Below are positions 58,995 through 64,000 of a stretch of 64,000 nucleotides of DNA, piece after piece. The notes below the pieces were generated by a model, which saw nothing but the letters and a program-made list of their open reading frames with translations, did no database searches and was not told the DNA's origin. This DNA comes from Plasmodiophora brassicae (lineage: Eukaryota), in contig CP145426.1 in the NCBI GenBank assembly GCA_036867785.1, forward strand, positions 682,001 through 746,000, given 5' to 3'. The number at the start of each line of letters is the position of its first letter. Within the stretch, counting starts at the first letter, position 1. The position numbers were made by a program, and so were the translations under genes.

Positions 58995-59590
58995 AGAGCG
59001 TAACCAAGGACCAGTACATTCGTATGTGTGAGACCCGCTGCCCGCAACGGGCGGAGGGTGCCGTGTTGCTCCTCGACGTAAGCGGGCGTTAATACATTTT
59101 CAGAATTTCAGTAAGGTGCAGGTGCCGTACATGTACGAGTTGATGACAATAAGACCAACCGAAGGGGATCGTAGCCAAGGAACAATACTCTCGATCGGAT
59201 GTCTCAGACCCGCTATCCGCAACGGGGAGACAGTGCCGAATTGCCCTTCGTCGTAATCGGGAGCGTTAACACACTTTACGAATTTCAATACGGTGCAGAG
59301 GCCATCCCTTTACAAGTTTACGACAATAAGACAAACCTAAAGGGAAGGTAACCGAGGAACAATACACTCGGAGGTGTGTGGCCCGCTGTCCGCAACGAGG
59401 AGAGAGTGCCGAATTGCTCCTCGTCGTAACCGGGAGCGTTAACACATTTTAACAATTTCAGCAAGATGCAGGGGCCAAACGTTTACGAGTTCCCGACAAA
59501 CGTAAAGGGAACGTAACCGAGGAACAATACAGTCGGATGTGTGGGACCCGCTGTCCGCAAAGGGTGGAGAGTGCCGAATTTCTCTTCGCG
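58995..59590 (+). repeat. Diverged tandem repeat, ~165-177 bp unit, about 3.5 copies
   Basis: CCGCAA anchors at ~59042, 59217, 59390 and 59555; GCGTTAA at 59086, 59263 and 59436; shared GGAACAATAC and GTGCCGAATT. Confidence 0.88.
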
Positions 59591-60894
59591 GTTCTTCGGA
59601 GGGAAGGTACTCGACATTAAACGAGGGCAGTCGAGTTCGTACCTACTGATCTAGTTCCATCTCGGTATATGGATTTCCAATGAAGGCTGGCCTCGGCGAA
59701 AGTCCAGCAGGGCGCACCACTCCGTAGTTGCGTCGTCGTCGTCGCCGACGACCCGGCTACGCTGCCTGTCGTCAACGTCGTCCACGACATCGCCGTAAAC
59801 GGTTCAACGGGTGTTCTGCGCCGTCGCACATCGCGGGTCGCCGACGACATGTCGTGCCTGCCTGACCTGCTTGCGTCCCCGCCGCCGTCTCCGCCGACCA
59901 TATCGTCACGGGCCAAGGCGTCCCCAACGAAGGCAACGCAACCTGCTGCGGCTCAGTACCTCTGGATGATGAATTGTATTCAGAACAGGTAAGTAGTATC
60001 GCGTATGACAAGCAACCATGGGCTGAGACATGTGCTGGACAGGAGACGGCAGCCGTCGATGCCGGGCGGTGCCAGGCGGTCCGACCACCTGCTCCACACC
60101 TGGGGCTATCGCATGTCGCGTATCCCCGACGACAGGTCCACGCCGACGTCGCCGCCGACCATATCGGCACGTGTAAAACGCATCCCCGGGGAAGGCAATG
60201 CAACCTGCTGCTGGTGTGTCAACGCGCTCAGTACCTCTGGATGAAGTATATCCAGAACAGGTACGCCGTAGCGCGTATGACCAGCGACCATGACCTCTGA
60301 CATGTGATGGACAGGAGACGGCAGCCGTAGCTGTACCGCATCGTCAGGCTTGCGACCACCTGGTCCCACGCCTGAGGCGACGCCTACCCCCTGTCGATCG
60401 CTGCGGTTGGTCGTTCGCGTCCCTGCCATAAACCCGTCATTCCATGTCGGCCACAGCGAGCAAGGGCGCCGCCAGCGCCACCGTCCGCAAGCCCAGCTGC
60501 GCATGCCTACGCTGCTGGTTGCCCAACGTCCATTTCTACCGGCCGCCACGCGAACGCCTGCTATCTGATGACGATCGCCACCATCCCGGCCGGCGTATCG
60601 CGGCAAACAGGACCGTTCAATACAGGCAGAACCAGTTGTCACGCGTGTACACCGGCCATGCATGGCTTCCTGGCGTCAGCTGGTGCCGACCAGAGCAGGG
60701 CGGGACGCCGTCCGTCCCCAGCGTGTTCATCGACGTTGCGCCCGTCCCTTCATGTCGACGCATATGAAACCCATCCCATGACGTTGCCATGCCTGGTTAG
60801 GCCAAGCAATGCCTACCCTTACAATCGACCATCGACGCTCTCGATGCTGCACCTCAAACAGACCCGTCCCGTGTGTTAAGTTACAAATACAAGT

Positions 60895-63800
60895 TTATGA
60901 ACGGATACCATTGCATCTGTAGAAGAGCAGCCTGTAGACGCGCTTGTGGAGCAGGCTAGCCACTTGGGACTCTCCATACCGCACTAGGCGATTGGTGTCG
61001 CAGAAGACCCAGGAACCACCGGGTTGCTTGACCCAGGATATATAATGCCCTTCATCGTGCCCAGCCAATTGGGTGTCACTACCCTGGTAATCGACCAGGC
61101 CAACGAGATCGAAGTACGCTCTGCCAGTCTGAAACGTCACTTCTGGCACCACGTCCTGCCCACAGGAGATATCAGACATCCAAGAGATCCACCCATCATC
61201 ATCGCTTGATGTCCTGCACCTACCACCGTGGTCCTACGACGCGCCATGCTGATCTGCGCTCCGTCAGGGCCGGGTTTCTGGACGATCTCCATCGGATCCT
61301 GCCGAACAATCAACAGTGACCCCGGCGTTGGACTCCTGGCCATGTGGCGGAACGTTGTCGACCGGTGCTCGACATCGTGACCAGGTTGGCAGGGAACGTT
61401 GGAGGTGCACCTCCTGGTGATCGTCTCCGACTGCTCCCCGACCAGAACCGTTGAGAGTTTGACTCGCCGGTGGCAGCCCTGCAGCATGACGACGGGCTGC
61501 TGACAAGGCGGGCGCGACGAGGCATGGCCGCAGGTGGCACACGTATCAACCACGTGTTCGACGAACTCGACGAGACTGCCAACAATCGGCTGTCCATCAG
61601 CGCCGACCATACGGTATGCCTCCATCTGCGATAGCAGTTCCAGGACGAAGTCGTCTGCGTCGTGCTGATGTCCGGCAGGAAACGACCGTGTCGCCCGGTC
61701 GGCGTTGCCCAGGCTGCTGATGAGCTCAACGAGCGCGTACGACGCCACGTTCGCATCCAGGCGGGGGTTCATCACCTGGTTGAACAGGCCCACCCAGGGC
61801 GCGTCGCCCGACACGCGGTGCCATCCAGGCAAACGACGCAGGATATGGACCGGTGCAATGGCGAAGCAAATCTGCCGGCAGACGCCGGCCGCATCCACGT
61901 TCGATATGCCCGCTGGAAGTAGCGTGTCAGCACCACACTCCTGAACGTCAACTTCAGCAGCGTCGATGACAATTGGATCGCGTTTCGTACCTGCGCAGGA
62001 GGTTCCGACCCTTGGGCGGGATCGCTGTGGGCGATTCGTTCGGTGCGGCTCGAACGGTCGACAGCAGGTCGTTCGTGGACCTGCAGTTATTGCACGCATG
62101 TCAGCTGTCTCCCTCGCCACAGTACCGGCGTTGGCAATTGGCAAACCTGTCTGCGCTTCCTCGCTGGGCGTTTCGCGAGGAGAGCCACTTGAACCCTCCT
62201 CCGCTTGCAAGTAAGCTTGGGTGCCTGCAATGTCACGGGGGTTCAGTCTACACCCCGCTCGCAATACCTTCTAACCCAAATCACCCTGTACTCCGACGAC
62301 CTGGAGGACGACTCGCAAACGTCGTTCGTGTCCTGGGACGGTGCGTCGCTGTCGTCGTCGCTCGACATCGGGTCCACATCCATCGTACTCTGTTCAGGCC
62401 CACAGTGGATCAGCAGGATTGCACAATCAAGGCGAATATCATCAGTACACGTACAGTTCGTCGGCACCTGATTGCCGACCGGTTCTGCAGTAGTGCTGCC
62501 CGCCGACTGGTTACTGTCCTGCGTACGGGGCGGCGCTCGTCACCGGCGTCGTCTCCTGCACCGCCGTCCTCAGATCCGTTGGCACCGGCAACGTCGATGC
62601 CGCTTCGCCGCCTTCGGACGGCGTCCAGGTACATCGGCACAAGCCGGGCAACGAGCGACGCGATCCGCTCAACGACGACATCGTTCTGGCGCCTCGACGT
62701 CAGGACGATGAGTTCGATCGCCACCAGCAAGACGTCGTAGGTGTGCTTCGTCGCGCACCAGACCTCGTTGAGCTTGGCGCCGACAGCGCCGATCAGCATG
62801 AGTTCGTGGGCGAAGTCGTCCCACTCAACCGCGCCTGCGTCCAGCGACCTGAGGACCGCCGACATGTCGACGACGTGGTCATCGCCGTCCCGCTCGTCAG
62901 CGTTCCTCTTCTCACCCACGTACGTCAACACTCGTCGACCGAGGCCGCGCGCATGGAAGATCATAAGGATGATCCTCTGCTGCAGGCCCCACTTGGACAG
63001 GTCCACGGGTGACGGCCACAGACCAGACACGCTCTTGACGAGTTTGCTGACCTGCGTCGACATCTGCCGGGGCGACTTCGACAGTTCAATCGTGTCGTCG
63101 ACGCAGGGCCTCTGAACCAGCACCGCGTTGTGTGGATCGCCCAGGAACCCGTCCCAATCGACCAAGACCGGGGTGCCTTTCCCGTCCTTCCTCGAATGCA
63201 TCACGCCCATGATCAGGGCCATGGCTTCCCACGGCCAATGCCGGCGATGCTTGTTCCCGTGGAAGGCGGACGGCAGCGGCAGCTCCGCCCACGACCCTTG
63301 AGCCTGCGCCAGGGTGACCGACCGCGACGACAGCGGGACCTTGCTGATCTGCAGCGATCCAGCTGACGTCAACGGTACGATCAGGTCGGGATCACAGAGT
63401 GGCGGGACCAGCATGACGACCTGCTGGAGGATGTTCTTGAACTCGGCGGTAGGCACCCATCGACCCGCCGGACGCTGGCGCAGTGCACGACGCTGGGCCG
63501 GGCTGCTGTCGCCGGACGCCATGAGCATGCGGAGATAGGCGTCGGTGACTCGCTCCGGAGGCGCATCAACAAGGACGACGGGAGGATGTACGACACGGCC
63601 ATCCCAGCGTAGACGCAACGACACGTGAATGACATCACGCCCCAGGGCTCGGCGCCTGCCTTGTACCCTCGTCACCAACGCGCGCATGACGTCGGCCTCT
63701 CGGAAACGACTAAGCGGCACGATGGACATGACGTCACGCCAGAGCGCTACGTGCGGCAGCGTGTCCACGCCGGGCGACATCCAATTGAATGCCACCCACT

Positions 63801-64000
63801 CGGCGAACGTGATGTGTTGCATCGACGCGACTGAGGGGTCCAGCACGGATCCAGGGCTCGCCAGGCGATGCAGGGCGGCCGGTGACGGAAGGAACGACTT
63901 GAACAGATAGTCGTAGTCCTGGTCCAGGTCTGGGCGATCAAGCGCATGGCTGACGTACGGCGCGAGGACCTTCCTGGACCGCAGCTGGTCGAACGCGTAC
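60895..64000 (-). CDS. Large protein starting beyond the window end, with a C-terminal ubiquitin-specific protease (C19)-like domain
   Basis: Cys box GISNVD..QICFAIAPVHIL; QHDADDF; finger CATCGH; His box FDLVGLVDYQG..GHYISWVK..WVFCD; in-phase intron 61156-61223. The upstream ORF is open from the window end to 62410; its linkage to the peptidase exons is inferred. Confidence 0.65.

Noticed and set aside
58995-59590. CRISPR array
   Set aside because: Whole units are diverged copies with no identical repeat/unique spacer pattern, there are no cas genes, and the context is eukaryotic.

Overview
Eukaryotic, GC-rich (roughly 60% by eye), gene-dense window with many short (~50-70 nt) GT..AG introns and a cilia/basal-body gene (BBOF1-like). 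The style, including secreted ankyrin genes with SKP1-like N-termini, resembles a phytomyxid such as Plasmodiophora brassicae; this is an inference, not verified. Bases 1-52.2 kb hold about 27 protein genes: a BIG/Mon2-like scaffold lacking an obvious Sec7 domain, a WH2-like protein, TMEM87-like, ankyrin proteins, glycosyltransferases (GT61, GT71, unknown GT-A), NOB1, ABHD13, PhoD, a ComF/PRTase-like protein, OPR-RAP, PPR, MADS-box, TMEM209, phosducin-like, a basic mucin-like protein, PDXDC1-like, a 7TM protein and DUR3. From ~52.2 kb the sequence is mostly decayed and duplicated (a 560-bp-arm inverted duplication, eroded ~175-bp repeats, ankyrin remnants) and ends in a large gene with a C-terminal USP-like peptidase. 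The most novel items are an in-exon fusion of a degenerate IPC/sphingomyelin-synthase-like membrane domain to a degenerate TylF O-methyltransferase, secreted SKP1-mimic ankyrin proteins, and two bacterial-looking domains. No rRNA, tRNA or CRISPR was found. Exon boundaries are approximate and all family calls come from motif recognition, not searches.
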